The notes under the pieces: model-generated
What the model was told of the DNA's origin: nothing
Databases searched by the model: none
What the model saw: the letters and a program-made list of their open reading frames with translations, nothing else
Source: Basidiobolus meristosporus CBS 931.73
Taxonomy: Eukaryota > Fungi > Basidiobolomycota
NCBI GenBank assembly: GCA_002104905.1
Contig: MCFE01000382.1
Span: forward strand, 19,916 to 83,915
Direction of reading: 5' to 3'
DNA length: 64,000 bases
Part shown: piece by piece, positions 12,560 through 23,684 of the stretch
Position numbering within the stretch: the first letter of the stretch is position 1
How the letters are laid out: every line of letters begins with the position of its first letter
Made by a program: the position numbers and the translations under genes

Positions 12560-13133
12560 TACTTCGTCGTACGTCTAGATTACCAGCACTGAGTCGGCAG
12601 CATTGCCAATTAAACGAGGACTCTACCAATGATTGGTCTCGATTTGGTGATCCTTAAAACAACTAATACTCGTCACAATTGGAATAATCATGAAGGTTTA
12701 TTATTTCGTGGTGCATGCACCCGTCGCACACAGAATCAAACTCCTCTATGGTCAAAGGCCAGGGAAGTGCCAGAAAAATGGCACATCGTAGCCAGTCATT
12801 GGAAGCAATGAGTTAAGCCAGCCTGCACGCCGGGAACCACGGCTGAGCTTGGCAACGAAATGAACACTTGGCTGTTCTGAAGTGCATCCGGCGCGAAACA
12901 TTGCTTCAAATTTCAAGCCAGTGCAGCAATGGCAGTTCGGAGTGCAACAGGCTAAGGATAGGCGTGCGTAGTGCTGGCTAGGTCCCCGATGTTTCACAAG
13001 ATGGGTCAAACATGGTTTGAAATGACCGAGCGGGTTGCCCCGAAACGTATAAAGACTTCGCCTGCTTGCGGGGCGTCGGTTGGCTTCCGCGCTCGTCTTT
13101 TCCTCCCGAATTGTCACTGCCTTGGATTCGAAG

Positions 13134-13718
13134 ATGCTACTAGGCGCACATGTGAAAAGGTACGGACTTTTGTTACTGGTGGTGTTGGTTGTTTGTATGA
13201 TCAGTGGGCGCAGCGCGAAAGCAGAGCCCTCAAATGTCCGGCCGGTGTTCGATCTCACTGAATTGGAAGATTTGGATGTTAATGGGCTTAGGCTCTTCGG
13301 GGCCACGCTTCCTTCATTGAACTTGGGCTCGAGGATAAGTCAGCTCGGAAGCGGCATCCGGAGTGCAACCAAAAGTATCGGTGGCAGTATCAGCAACATA
13401 GCCAAGGGAATCACAAGCAGGTTGCCGAAGATCAGCTTCACCTCTCTGAGATCGAGTCTGAGGTTTCCGAACATAAGTGCGCTGACTTCAAAGATCCATC
13501 TTCCTTCATATTTCTCCCCGAGACAGCTGTTTCGGAGAATCCCGTTCATAGGCAAGGGTTGGTTCGTGGATACCACGGCGAACGTAAACGTGAAGCCGAA
13601 CGAAGATGCGATTGCCTATGGACTGGACGAGAGTAAAATCGACTTCAATTCCCTTGTTGTTATCCACGAGAAGGTTAAGCTGGCTGGGGAGAAAGCTAGA
13701 AGGTTGAAGGGGTACTGA
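13134..13718 (+). CDS. Predicted secreted protein (194 aa) with a cationic amphipathic middle
   Basis: The ATG at 13134 starts a signal-peptide-like segment: KR, then LLLLVVLVVCMI, then an A-x-A site (SAKA|EP). Divergent from the 11600-12559 gene. Confidence 0.65.
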   Translation: MLLGAHVKRYGLLLLVVLVVCMISGRSAKAEPSNVRPVFDLTELEDLDVNGLRLFGATLPSLNLGSRISQLGSGIRSATKSIGGSISNIAKGITSRLPKISFTSLRSSLRFPNISALTSKIHLPSYFSPRQLFRRIPFIGKGWFVDTTANVNVKPNEDAIAYGLDESKIDFNSLVVIHEKVKLAGEKARRLKGY

Positions 13719-14913
13719 GGAGGGACTGGGTCCGTTTTGCGATTTTCCCCGGACACTTATTTTTGTTACACCAGTTAGAAATAAACCATCCTTGAAGCTA
13801 TCCATCGGATTATTAAAGCTACCTAGCCATCTGCTCGCACACATGCGGATGGATTTCTGGATGATCTATGGACATACCACTGGCGGACTCTGGTTTAGTG
13901 GCAGTGACCATGCGCGGCCGATCCGCACAAGAGTCAGTGCTTGCAAATAGCGGTCTCGTGCTAAGCATCCGTGCTCCGCAAAACCATACTGCAAAGCGAG
14001 GAAAGGCTGCTAGGACGGGGGACAAACAAAGTCCACCACCCAGCGTTACACAAGGATATATTTGGCCGGTTTGTGGTTTCCAGAGCTCACTCCAAATCGA
14101 ATCCTGATGCTCATGAGGTGTATGTGCTACCACCACCGAAGGTAAAATTTTTCGTCTCAACAGGAAAGTCACTTTGAGGCGAAGTCCTCGGCCAATCACG
14201 GAGGAGCTAAGGCTCTCCACGAACCAAATCTGACGAGGGTGATCGTAGCCTGGGGTGTCAGTTCGATCTAATTCGTAGATTTGAATGGAAGCTTATTTTA
14301 GATTCCCAACGACCATCCTATTGCCCAATATATCAGTTGAGTGGACAAAAGGATAAACTCCCCCAAGGCCGCGATCCGTTCCTCGAGATGCCCCGAAGGC
14401 CACACCACCCACACCTCGCTGCCGGGCAACCCTGCCATCCATCTGCATCCATCGCTCGCTCGCGAGGTGGAATGGTGCCCGGCCATGCCGCAGTGCTTGA
14501 TCAAATGATACAGACCCCTCACCATGTAAGTCGACAAGCTGGTCCTCGGACTGCTAAAATCACTGCGCTACCATGATCCTCCGTCGGATCGGCTTTTTTT
14601 TCATTCAGAAATTTTTTTCTTAAATCAAGGATTTACTCTCTGACCTCTCTACATTCAACATTCAACCAACCTCTACTCCGGGTATTCGTATTTGGAGATA
14701 ACGATCCTCCGTCCCGCTTTTAGACCTCTTGTTTGTAGGTGTTTGTTTTGTTCCCCACCGCCCTGACGACCCCCGTCCCCGCACTCTTCCCCACTCTATT
14801 GCTTCTAGTTCGAACCAGCTATTGCTGGTCCAGCATCTTTCGTCTCGTCCTCAATCACCGATAATCTCACTTCGCCTCACATACAGCCCTATATATACAT
14901 CTACCCTCATCAA

Positions 14914-17900
14914 ATGCTCTCCTTTGCACAAAAAACTCTATCTTCACCTCACTACCGATTAGTTCGAGGAGTGTCTACCAACAGACCCTCCTACGGTTCT
15001 TGCTCGCTCTCCCGCAGGTCATCTCCATTTTCACGCATCAGACCTTGGTCACAGAGTCGTCTCCTTAATAACTCAGCCACCAAACAGAACGTAGCTTCGG
15101 TGGACATTGTTCGTAATACCCTCGGAAACACCGAGAGCCTGCAGGAGATGTTCACCCCCCTAGGGGAGACCGTGTCTACCCAAGGAAGCCGAAACCTACT
15201 CATCCTACCTCGTCCGCGTCCACAGGATTTCAACGACAACACATTCAACGTCAGCGAGCGTCTGGTGGTGATGCACGCTTGCCTCAAGACTGGCGACGTT
15301 GACCGTGCTCGTCGTTTGCTCACAAGTCTATACAAGACCAACCCTCAGAAAATGAAAGAACTCGCCGACATTCACGTCCACAACTCGCTACTCAAAGGGT
15401 ACGTGGAGCAGAACCCCCGGCCACACGTGATCGCCGCCATGAGCTGGTTCGACGCCATCAAACGGTACGAGCTGTCACCAGATTCCACCACATATGCCAT
15501 CTTGATCAAAGGGTTCCTTCGCATCAACAGCGTCAACGCCGCCAAAGTGATAGCCCAAGAGATGATGAAGAATGGTTACACGATGGAGCAACTGTATGGC
15601 AACCCTCATCTGGACGACGCCGACCTGAAAAAGCTCGTAGGCATCGCCGAGGAGCTGGCCCCTGTCAAGGTCAAAAAGGAGGAGCCCAAGGCGGCCGTGG
15701 TTCCCGAAACTCAACAAGAGCCATTCCCAGACATCAAATCGAGCAATCCTCTCGGGGTCCGTATGCTAAGAAAGTCGCTGGAAACGGCGAGTGCGAGCTA
15801 CATGGACCTTTACGAGCGACAACTGAAACTGGAGCAACAGGCCGTGGAGGCCGAAGTGGCCCGATTGGCCGAGATCGACCAAGGCAGAGGGGAGAATTCG
15901 GCATTGCTCCGGTCCTCTCAACTTAAGAGAATGGTGCGCGAGTGGCATACCAAGCTTGTCGAGCGTATCCAAGAGGAGTGTCTCCGAGCCTCTGACGATA
16001 GCAAAGATATTACCTCGAGCTATGGAGCGTTGCTTAGAGCTGTTTCTCCCGAGAAGCTGGCCATCATCACAATCAACGAGCTGTTACGCTCGAACAGCTC
16101 CGGAGACATTGCCGACGGGATCAGAAGTACCCATCTGTTACTCTCTGTCGGTAAGGCAGTTGAGTTGGAATATCACTCGGATGCCCTGAAGAAGAAGGCC
16201 AACAGCCATCTGCTGGATCGTCGCATGCAAGTCCAATCCCTCTACTCCTCTGGTAAGCTGTTTAACATGACGGTGCGTCGTGCGGAGGCCAAGAAGGAGA
16301 GGGAGGAGATCGAGTCTGAGTGGGTGCCCAGATGGACAAAGGAGATGCAGATGAGTCTTGGCTCGGTGCTCGTCTCTTCGTTGATCGAGTCGGCCAAGGT
16401 GAAAATAAAGCACGTCGAGGATGCCACCGGCCATGTAGAATATTCCAACGAAGACGCATTCTACGTCACTCACCAGTTCCAACGTGGAAAGCAGATCGGG
16501 ATCGTGAAGTTCCATCCAAAGCTCATCAACATCTTCAAGGAGGGCCCCTTGAACGAAGGGATCCATCCACGTCTATTACCCATGTTGGTGCCACCCAAGC
16601 CTTGGCTCACATTCAACAGCGGCGGCTATTTAACTAGCCGTTCGTTGTGTATGCGAATCAAGGGAAGTCCAGAGCAGCTGGCCTACTTGAAAGAAGCCTC
16701 CAACAAGGATTGTCTAGCCGTCGCCCTGGCCGGATTGGATGTGCTGGGTTCGACGAAATGGATGGTGAACCGGAATGTGTTTGACGTGGTGTTGCAAGTA
16801 TGGAACTCGGAGCAAGGCCTCGCCGACATTCCCCCAGCCAATGTAAGCCGCGAGCTTCCACCAAAGCCGGCCGATTACGACGAGAATCCTCAGGCGCGTT
16901 GGCAATGGCAGAGGGAATCTCGGGAGATCCTGAATGAGAAGCGAAACAACCATTCGCTACGTTGCGACGCCAACTATAAGGTGGAGATCGCCAAAGCCTT
17001 CCTCGACCAGCCCATCTATTTCCCGCACAATTTCGATTTCCGTGGTCGTGCCTATCCCATTCCCCCTCACTTCAATCACTTGGGCAGTGATCTGTGCAGA
17101 GGTCTGCTTCTGTTCGGTGACGCCAAGCCGCTTGGAGAGCGGGGACTGAGGTGGCTGAAGATCCACCTGGCTTCCTTGGCTGGTTACGACAAGCAATCAT
17201 TCGACGCCCGTGTGGAATACATTGAGCAGAACATAAGCAAGGTGTTCGATTCCGCCGATCGTCCACTTGATGGCGATCGCTGGTGGCTACAAGCTGAGGA
17301 CCCTTGGCAGTGTTTGGCTGCCTGTTTCGAGCTGACGAACGCTTTGCGGAGTCCAGTCCCAGAGGAGTTTGCTTCCAGCCTTCCCATCCATCAGGACGGA
17401 ACCTGCAATGGTTTACAGCATTATGCCGCGCTAGGTGGTGATACGGAAGGTGCGCGTCAAGTCAACCTAATCCCAAGTGGCGCCCCTGCCGATATCTACA
17501 CCGGTGTTGCTAACAAGGTGATAGAGCTGATCGAGAAGGAGGCGGCCCTGGGAGTCGACAAAGCACAGATCCTGAAGGGAAAGATCACGAGAAAGGTGGT
17601 GAAACAAACGGTCATGACCAACGTGTACGGGGTCACCGTGATCGGTGCGCGCGCTCAGATCTCCAACCGACTTCGCGAAATCGAGGACCTGAAGGATGCC
17701 GACGTATTCGGGCTATCGACCTACCTGACCCGGTTGGTGTTCAATTCCCTGGGGGAGATGTTCACGGGAGCGCGCAACCTGCAGGACTGGCTCAATGAGA
17801 GTGCTAGGAGAATCGCGCGCAGTATACCTGCTGCGCTGTTGGAGGATGCAATCAACAAGCGCAAGAACTCCGGCTCCGGCGAAGGCGACGCCGAGTTACC

Positions 17901-18579
17901 CATCTCGGCCAGCAACAAGCTACTCAGTGCCGAGCAAATGTCCTCGGTCATCTGGACGACTCCTCTGGGCGTACCCATTGTCCAGCCATATCGGAAGCAC
18001 CAGAAGAAGGTGATCAAGACGAACCTTCAGAACCTCACCATCGTCAACCCGGATGCTCACGTGCCTGTGAACGCACAGAAGCAGCGAACCGCGTTCCCGC
18101 CCAACTTCATCCATTCGCTTGATGCCTCCCACATGCTCATGTCGGCGGTAGCGTGCAAGCAGCTTGGCTTGAGCTTCGCCTCGGTGCACGACAGTTACTG
18201 GACGCACGCATGCGACGTAGACACCATGAACCGGGTCCTCCGCGAGCAGTTCATCGAGCTGCATCAAAGGCCCATCATGGAGGAGTTGCGGAATGAGTTC
18301 ATCGAGCGCTACAAGGGTTACAAGATGCCGATGCCTGTAAATGAACCCGAACCGAAGCCCAAGACGAAGTCACTCAACCTGGCCCTACCCGACGACGATG
18401 GCCACGACGAGGAGCTGGATGGGGAATGTGGCACCAAGCACCGTGAGGAGGAGACGGAGGACCCGTCGAAGAAGTCCAAAAAGGCCCATAAGTGGGTCGA
18501 CCTCACCTTCCCTCCTCTACCAGCACGTGGTGACTTCGACGTATCTCAGGTCAAAGACAGCCCCTATTTCTTCCATTAG
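14914..18579 (+). CDS. RPO41: Mitochondrial DNA-directed RNA polymerase (T7-like), intronless, 1221 aa
   Basis: Motifs DFRGRAYP, HQDGTCNGLQHYAALG, RKVVKQTVMTNVYGVT and FPPNFIHSLDASH. R/S-rich N-terminal presequence and PPR-like helices (TTYAILIKGF). Confidence 0.97.
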   Translation: MLSFAQKTLSSPHYRLVRGVSTNRPSYGSCSLSRRSSPFSRIRPWSQSRLLNNSATKQNVASVDIVRNTLGNTESLQEMFTPLGETVSTQGSRNLLILPRPRPQDFNDNTFNVSERLVVMHACLKTGDVDRARRLLTSLYKTNPQKMKELADIHVHNSLLKGYVEQNPRPHVIAAMSWFDAIKRYELSPDSTTYAILIKGFLRINSVNAAKVIAQEMMKNGYTMEQLYGNPHLDDADLKKLVGIAEELAPVKVKKEEPKAAVVPETQQEPFPDIKSSNPLGVRMLRKSLETASASYMDLYERQLKLEQQAVEAEVARLAEIDQGRGENSALLRSSQLKRMVREWHTKLVERIQEECLRASDDSKDITSSYGALLRAVSPEKLAIITINELLRSNSSGDIADGIRSTHLLLSVGKAVELEYHSDALKKKANSHLLDRRMQVQSLYSSGKLFNMTVRRAEAKKEREEIESEWVPRWTKEMQMSLGSVLVSSLIESAKVKIKHVEDATGHVEYSNEDAFYVTHQFQRGKQIGIVKFHPKLINIFKEGPLNEGIHPRLLPMLVPPKPWLTFNSGGYLTSRSLCMRIKGSPEQLAYLKEASNKDCLAVALAGLDVLGSTKWMVNRNVFDVVLQVWNSEQGLADIPPANVSRELPPKPADYDENPQARWQWQRESREILNEKRNNHSLRCDANYKVEIAKAFLDQPIYFPHNFDFRGRAYPIPPHFNHLGSDLCRGLLLFGDAKPLGERGLRWLKIHLASLAGYDKQSFDARVEYIEQNISKVFDSADRPLDGDRWWLQAEDPWQCLAACFELTNALRSPVPEEFASSLPIHQDGTCNGLQHYAALGGDTEGARQVNLIPSGAPADIYTGVANKVIELIEKEAALGVDKAQILKGKITRKVVKQTVMTNVYGVTVIGARAQISNRLREIEDLKDADVFGLSTYLTRLVFNSLGEMFTGARNLQDWLNESARRIARSIPAALLEDAINKRKNSGSGEGDAELPISASNKLLSAEQMSSVIWTTPLGVPIVQPYRKHQKKVIKTNLQNLTIVNPDAHVPVNAQKQRTAFPPNFIHSLDASHMLMSAVACKQLGLSFASVHDSYWTHACDVDTMNRVLREQFIELHQRPIMEELRNEFIERYKGYKMPMPVNEPEPKPKTKSLNLALPDDDGHDEELDGECGTKHREEETEDPSKKSKKAHKWVDLTFPPLPARGDFDVSQVKDSPYFFH

Positions 18580-18744
18580 CCGGGGTCGCTTCCGGATGAC
18601 GAGGCAGGTGACTTCTCCCATCGCTTAGCCAATCTCCTACCCCCTACGCCCATGCCAGTGGTGGCCATTTACGTTCGATCCTCCTCAACCGTACTGTCCT
18701 ACACTGGCATCCATCATACCAGGGAAATCAATGTACCGCAGAGA

Positions 18745-18975
18745 CGGATTCGGATTCGGAGCCGGAGCCGGAGCCGACCATCCCGCACAACCTCACTCAG
18801 CCATCCCATCCGAAAAGCACCCCTCTTCCCTCTATCATTGAACCCACATCTCATCCTCTCATCCCGCTATAGACCATCCTTCCGTCCCACTCTCTACTCA
18901 CATCCACATCCACATCCACATCCACACCTACACCTACACCCACACCCACACCCACACCCGCATTCGTACATCCAC
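18745..18975 (+). repeat. Hexamer microsatellites (CGGATT/CGGAGC; CACATC/CACCTA/CACACC)
   Basis: Visible short tandem arrays downstream of the RPO41 stop. Confidence 0.85.
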
Positions 18976-19313
18976 ACATTAAGTACCTTTCTTTATAACC
19001 AAATCCCCGCACCTGTTGTATTCCATTCCCGGTCGGTTCGCCTCGGTGTCAGCATCTACGCCTGTGAGAACCACCACCCCGTCACCACCACCAATAAAAT
19101 CACATTCCATCGTACCAAGGCTTGAATCCCGGTCTCTTACTACTCTCATCGGCGATTCCACCCCCCCACCCTCTCCGCTTCTGCCTCCACTTCCACCTCC
19201 ACTCTCACTTGCACTTTTGTCGTGTCCCATGCGAACCTTAAAGTCCGTAGCCTAGGCACGATCCAACCTCATCAATATTCCCACCCGATTCCATGTTAAC
19301 TAGCAGGCACACA

Positions 19314-19652
19314 TGAGGCTCTAAGAGTCCGGGAGATATCGGAAGTGGTTGGGAAGGCAAGTGGATCATGCGGTATTCAGGGGATGATTCGTTGAATGTT
19401 AAAGTGGTACTTTATACTTTGACATGGTCTTGGCAACACAAACCTGTGGAATGCACCTTGGAAGATCCCAAGATCACGTGTGCAAAGTTTGGGGCTGCTT
19501 GGACAATCTTGGGATCTCCAATGCCCTGTGCACCTTCCATCACAACCCTGAGATACTGCCTGTTCCGGGTACCTGGTGTTTTGGTGGGAATATTCCAAGC
19601 AACTCCCCACCAGGAATCTGCCTCACCAGAGTGTAACTCAACTGGCTGAACA
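19314..19652 (-). repeat. Diverged, CpG-retaining relative of the copia LTR
   Basis: TG..CA ends. Shares blocks with 620-968 (CACCAAAA.ACCAGGTACCC, CAGCCCCAAAC, GCCAAGACCA, CTACTTGCC-like). No TSD found. Confidence 0.75.
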
Positions 19653-19659
19653 TCCAACT

Positions 19660-20505
19660 ATCAAGAAAATTGCTGTTTTCTTGTAGGTAAATCTTCTTGG
19701 CTAGGATGGGATTCTGCCAGTTTGGAGCTTAAGGAATTAATTGGCAAGAATTGCAGCTTTCTTCTCATGCTTCCCTGTCTCTGGCCTGGGTAGACTTTTC
19801 TGACTTTACCTTTCCTTTATTGCTGCCAGCTCTTTCACTGCTACTTTGTCTGAGTGCTTCTTGTATTCAGGTACATTTTCTTCTTGATAAAAGCCACACT
19901 GGTGTATCCATTTCAGTCTTCTTGTTCCTTACTGGCACTCTTCTAACAACCCAACAATTCTTTGCTGCATGTTTTGAGCTTTTGGCCCCAGTTGTGACAT
20001 GCTCCTGGGGGAGCCACTTGATTTTATCATTGTCAGGTCCTTCACTGCTACTTTGACTTGGTGCTTCTTGAGTGGAACCACACTTTTTCTTGATAAATGT
20101 TGCACCGGTGCATATGTGTCTACTGGCTTGTCCCTAACTGGTACTCAGCTACTTGACATTTCTTTGACACTTGTTTAGAGCGTTTGGCCCTGCTTGAAAC
20201 TGGCTCTTAAGGAGCCCATGGCATGCTGGCCTTAAGGTGATGGTGTGCTAGACTTCTAATGGCCTCTTGAGTATTGCCCACTGTTCATTATTGCACCTTA
20301 CAACTTCATGGATCTTCAGTGTTCTTTGATTCTTAGACTTGGGCATACACCACAGTCTCTCCCTCCAATGTTGTGATAGGTTCTTCTGTAGCTTTATCTT
20401 TTGGCACTGCTGTTGTGCATCAAAGTCTGTGTGGTGTTCCTATGCTGTTACATTGGGAAATGGCTCTATTCCTAGCTGTGATATTGAGTTACTTGAGTTC
20501 CTTCT
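19660..20505 (-). pseudogene. Fragment of the CACTA-associated second ORF
   Basis: Reverse-complement homologous to 28300-29200 and 24300-24990. Confidence 0.7.
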
Positions 20506-20689
20506 GCTCTCCCACTCACCAAGTACAGTCAGTAATAACCCACACATACCAATTCAGGAGAGCTTGTCATGCCTTTTGGCTCACCTCTGCTTTATGAATA
20601 TGGCCTGCAGAGAGATAGATCTGCAGTAGAAGGCTGGCTGCTGGATTGTGAGCCTATCTTCCCTCACAACAGTACCATGCATGAGCCCT

Positions 20690-21620
20690 GTTAAATCCCA
20701 ATGTGCAATAAGACAATATCCATGGAAAAGAGTGCCCTGAAAACTCTATGGAGCCAAGTGAGCACATTAATGTACTTACTGGTGAATGCTGTGATGTTGC
20801 TGCTAGAGAAGTGGCATACTTTCACCTATATCAGTATTGTGGCTCAGAGGATTTATGGCTGCCCCTTGCCAAAATCACTCCAGGATGCAACTTACCATGT
20901 ACTTGGTACAAATGGGATACTATCCTGCAGTTGGTAACATATGACTCAGAGACCTTTCTGATACATACATGTGCTAATAGTTGCATGTCATTCATATCAG
21001 AAAATACCACTGTTGTAAGGTGTACAACTTGTCAGGAATCCACCATCACAGGAGAAAAACATTGTTTGCACTCCAAATATAATATATTGATACCCTGTCT
21101 AAAGTAGCTCATGCAGTCCAACAAATATTCTGAAGCTATACAGTACCCCTCTCAGTATTAATCAAGTGCAACCATTCTGATGAACATGGTGGCAAACATT
21201 ACAAACAACTAAGAAGCAAGGGCTACTTTGAAGGTTTGTATGACCATGCCTTTGCCTTAGCACTTAATGGATTCTCATTAAACAAGTACCCTGCCAGCAA
21301 ATCCTACTGGCCACCGATTTCATCAACCGGAATCTGTCACCAATCTGATGGTATCAGAGCAAAAATGTGATGGTAGTCTCACTAATATCCAGGCCTACGT
21401 TACAGTACAACCTGAGTAGCTGCCTGAACCCATTGCTGGAAGAATTTTGTATGCTATGCAGCAGGATACTAGCAAATGACTACTGTGTCAAAGATCATAT
21501 TATCATCTGCATTGGAGATACCCCAGCCATCAGCAAGATAGCCGGCTCCTCTGGCCACAAAGGGTGGTATTGCTGTCAAATGTATGAGATCCACCCAACA
21601 AAAAATAATCTGGTCCTGTA
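20690..21620 (+). pseudogene. Degenerate CACTA/En-Spm (tnp2-like) transposase, N-terminal half
   Basis: CANSCMSF...CTTCQE, DHAFALALNGFSLNK, LSSCLNPLLEEF, GDTPAISKIAGSSGHKGWYCCQMC. Homologous to 31030-32000 (reverse). Confidence 0.8.
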
Positions 21621-21729
21621 GGTGGATACAATCCAGATTGGCCATCAGGATTTGGTTTGGAGACCATCACAATACCAACAGCTTGGAATTAGTGACCCTC
21701 TTGACAACCTTATGATGGGATCACAACGG

Positions 21730-22800
21730 TGTAGTGGGGTGACAGTGACACCCACTGACAGATGTGCTCATTCCCTTATTTTCTACTTCCCTATATCCCT
21801 ACTACACTCATTTTAGTTTTATCCCATTTGTCTTACCCAATCAGTACTATCCCATAAGCCGGTTGACTATCACACCTGCTTACCTTATTGCATAAGTTAC
21901 CCCTCACTTTATGTAAGATTACTAGCTACAAGTGCTTCTATATTTGGCAAGTACCCACGCCAGTACCCGTGACACATGATCAATCTGTGTCACCATACCT
22001 ACCATTTCCATACCATATATGGTATCCCCATGTTACACAGGTTTCAGAATACTGATTCCTGATTGGTTGGATGTGCTGTGCCTCTTAGAACCTTCCGGCA
22101 CCTACTTAGAACATTCTTAGGTCATTCTGATGTCATTAAGATTTCTATTGATATCTGGAACCTTCTGGAACACCATGATTAGTAATCACTTAGCCAGTAA
22201 GAAAAGTATATAAGGGAGGCTATCCCTCAACAATAAATCATCATCCCTTTTATCAGTATACCGACTTGTTGATTAGTGTGATCACTGCTACCTGCTGCTA
22301 CCTGAACTTCCAACCCTAGACCACAGGACACTCCCAGGAAACCGTGCTGACAGCCAACTGACCTTGGAGGCACTACTTGTGAGGAATACTCAGAGTAGGT
22401 ATCTTTTATTATATTTGATTCTTTCCCAAGTTTGTCCTTGTACAGGCAAAGATACTTTTCAGTCTTTGTAACTATTGACCACAGCTGCATTCTTATCAAG
22501 TCCCTGCTGGTGGAGTTTACAGTTGTTTTGACTTTGGAAGCTTTAGTACATTGTCATCTCAAAGGACACTGAACCCAGCACATACTTTTGTTAAGATGCC
22601 AACTAAGTTGGGGATTGTAGCTCAATAGTTTTCCCTTGACAAGCTTGTGGCTTTATTCCCCTTCACATTAGATTAGAAACAGAACCCAAGTATTCCTAGC
22701 AAGCTTTTGCCAGAGGTTATTGCACCCAGTGAACACCCCACACACAAAACACTTGAGAAGTGTTGGACGTATCTCTCCCTTGGACCTATACACCACCACA
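21730..22800 (+). mobile_element. Solo LTR (1071 bp), gypsy 'family A'
   Basis: TGTAG...CCACA ends. TSD ACGG/ACAG. TATA-like GTATATAAG and AATAAA near 22205-22236. Near-identical to 35289-36360. Confidence 0.9.
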
Positions 22801-23029
22801 ACAGCACTTTGCTAATTTTACCGCCAAATAAAGTTATAAACTTGATGGGGTTTGATTAGTGCTGTCAAAATAGTTGCATGGCATTATTGCAGTCTTGATG
22901 CACTCCACAACTATTTAAAGTAGATCTAACTGGCCAGGACATCCAATTGACTTATTTGGCAGAAAACTTGACAGTATATCAACAGCCTCACAGCAAGACT
23001 GTGATGGCATTATTACAGCGGTATAGTGG

Positions 23030-23340
23030 TGTAGTGGGGTCACAGTGACACCCCCTGACAGATGTGCTCATTCCTATATTTTCTACTTCCCTATTTTTCT
23101 GCTACCCTTATACTAGTTTTATCCCATATTACTTACTTGATCAGTACTATCCCATAAGCCTGCTAACTATCAAACCTGCTTACCTTATTGCATTAGGTAT
23201 CCCTCACTTTATGTAAAATTACTTGATATAAGTGCTTCTATGGTTGGCAGGTACCCATGCCAGTGCCTGTAACACATGATCAAACCATGTCACCATCCCT
23301 ACAGGACTTGTGACACATAATCAAGTGGTGTCACCATCCT
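23030..23340 (+). repeat. 5' part of a family A LTR; a 3' part of the same family lies at ~24988-25325
   Basis: Aligns with 21730-22000; the 24988-25325 piece aligns with 22462-22790. Confidence 0.8.
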
Positions 23341-23684
23341 CACCCCCTATGAAAAGTTATTGTAATGATCCCATCAAAAGGCTGTCACAAAGTTAAAGTC
23401 CCATGACTAAGAGGTACTGATCCTGTCAGGACACCATAAAGGGACCATTGAAAAATAATTGCACCCCAGATTTCACAAAAAACTTGGTCAAAAATTTTCA
23501 TCACAACAATGTATAAATGGCTTTTGATTGGTTCCCTGCCAATTCGATCACTTTCTGATCCTGGACAATCTATCACCTCCTACATTTGTGTGCATTGATT
23601 GGCTATTGCCTCTTTTTCACCCTTCTTACTTCCTGACTCTACCATTTCTCTCACATTTCATGCATACAAATTGATTTATTTCTG

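Noticed and set aside
13819-14576. Additional gene between the secreted protein and RPO41
   Set aside because: Only short ORFs with non-ATG starts or atypical composition, and no convincing splice model.
14991-18506. Numerous antisense and alternative-frame ORFs over RPO41, the carrier and 11600-12559
   Set aside because: Expected shadows of GC-rich coding sequence; no motifs.
14914-18579. T7-like RNA polymerase as a sign of a prophage or linear plasmid
   Set aside because: It has a presequence, PPR-like helices and the length of nuclear-encoded RPO41, and no phage or plasmid genes are nearby.
10450-18579. Functional mitochondrial gene cluster (carrier + RPO41)
   Set aside because: Two of four genes having mitochondrial roles is unremarkable without synteny or co-expression data.
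21816-22499. Short ORFs inside family A and B LTRs (also at 35787, 26610, 40450, 53296)
   Set aside because: They recur only because the LTRs are copies of each other; no coding signature.
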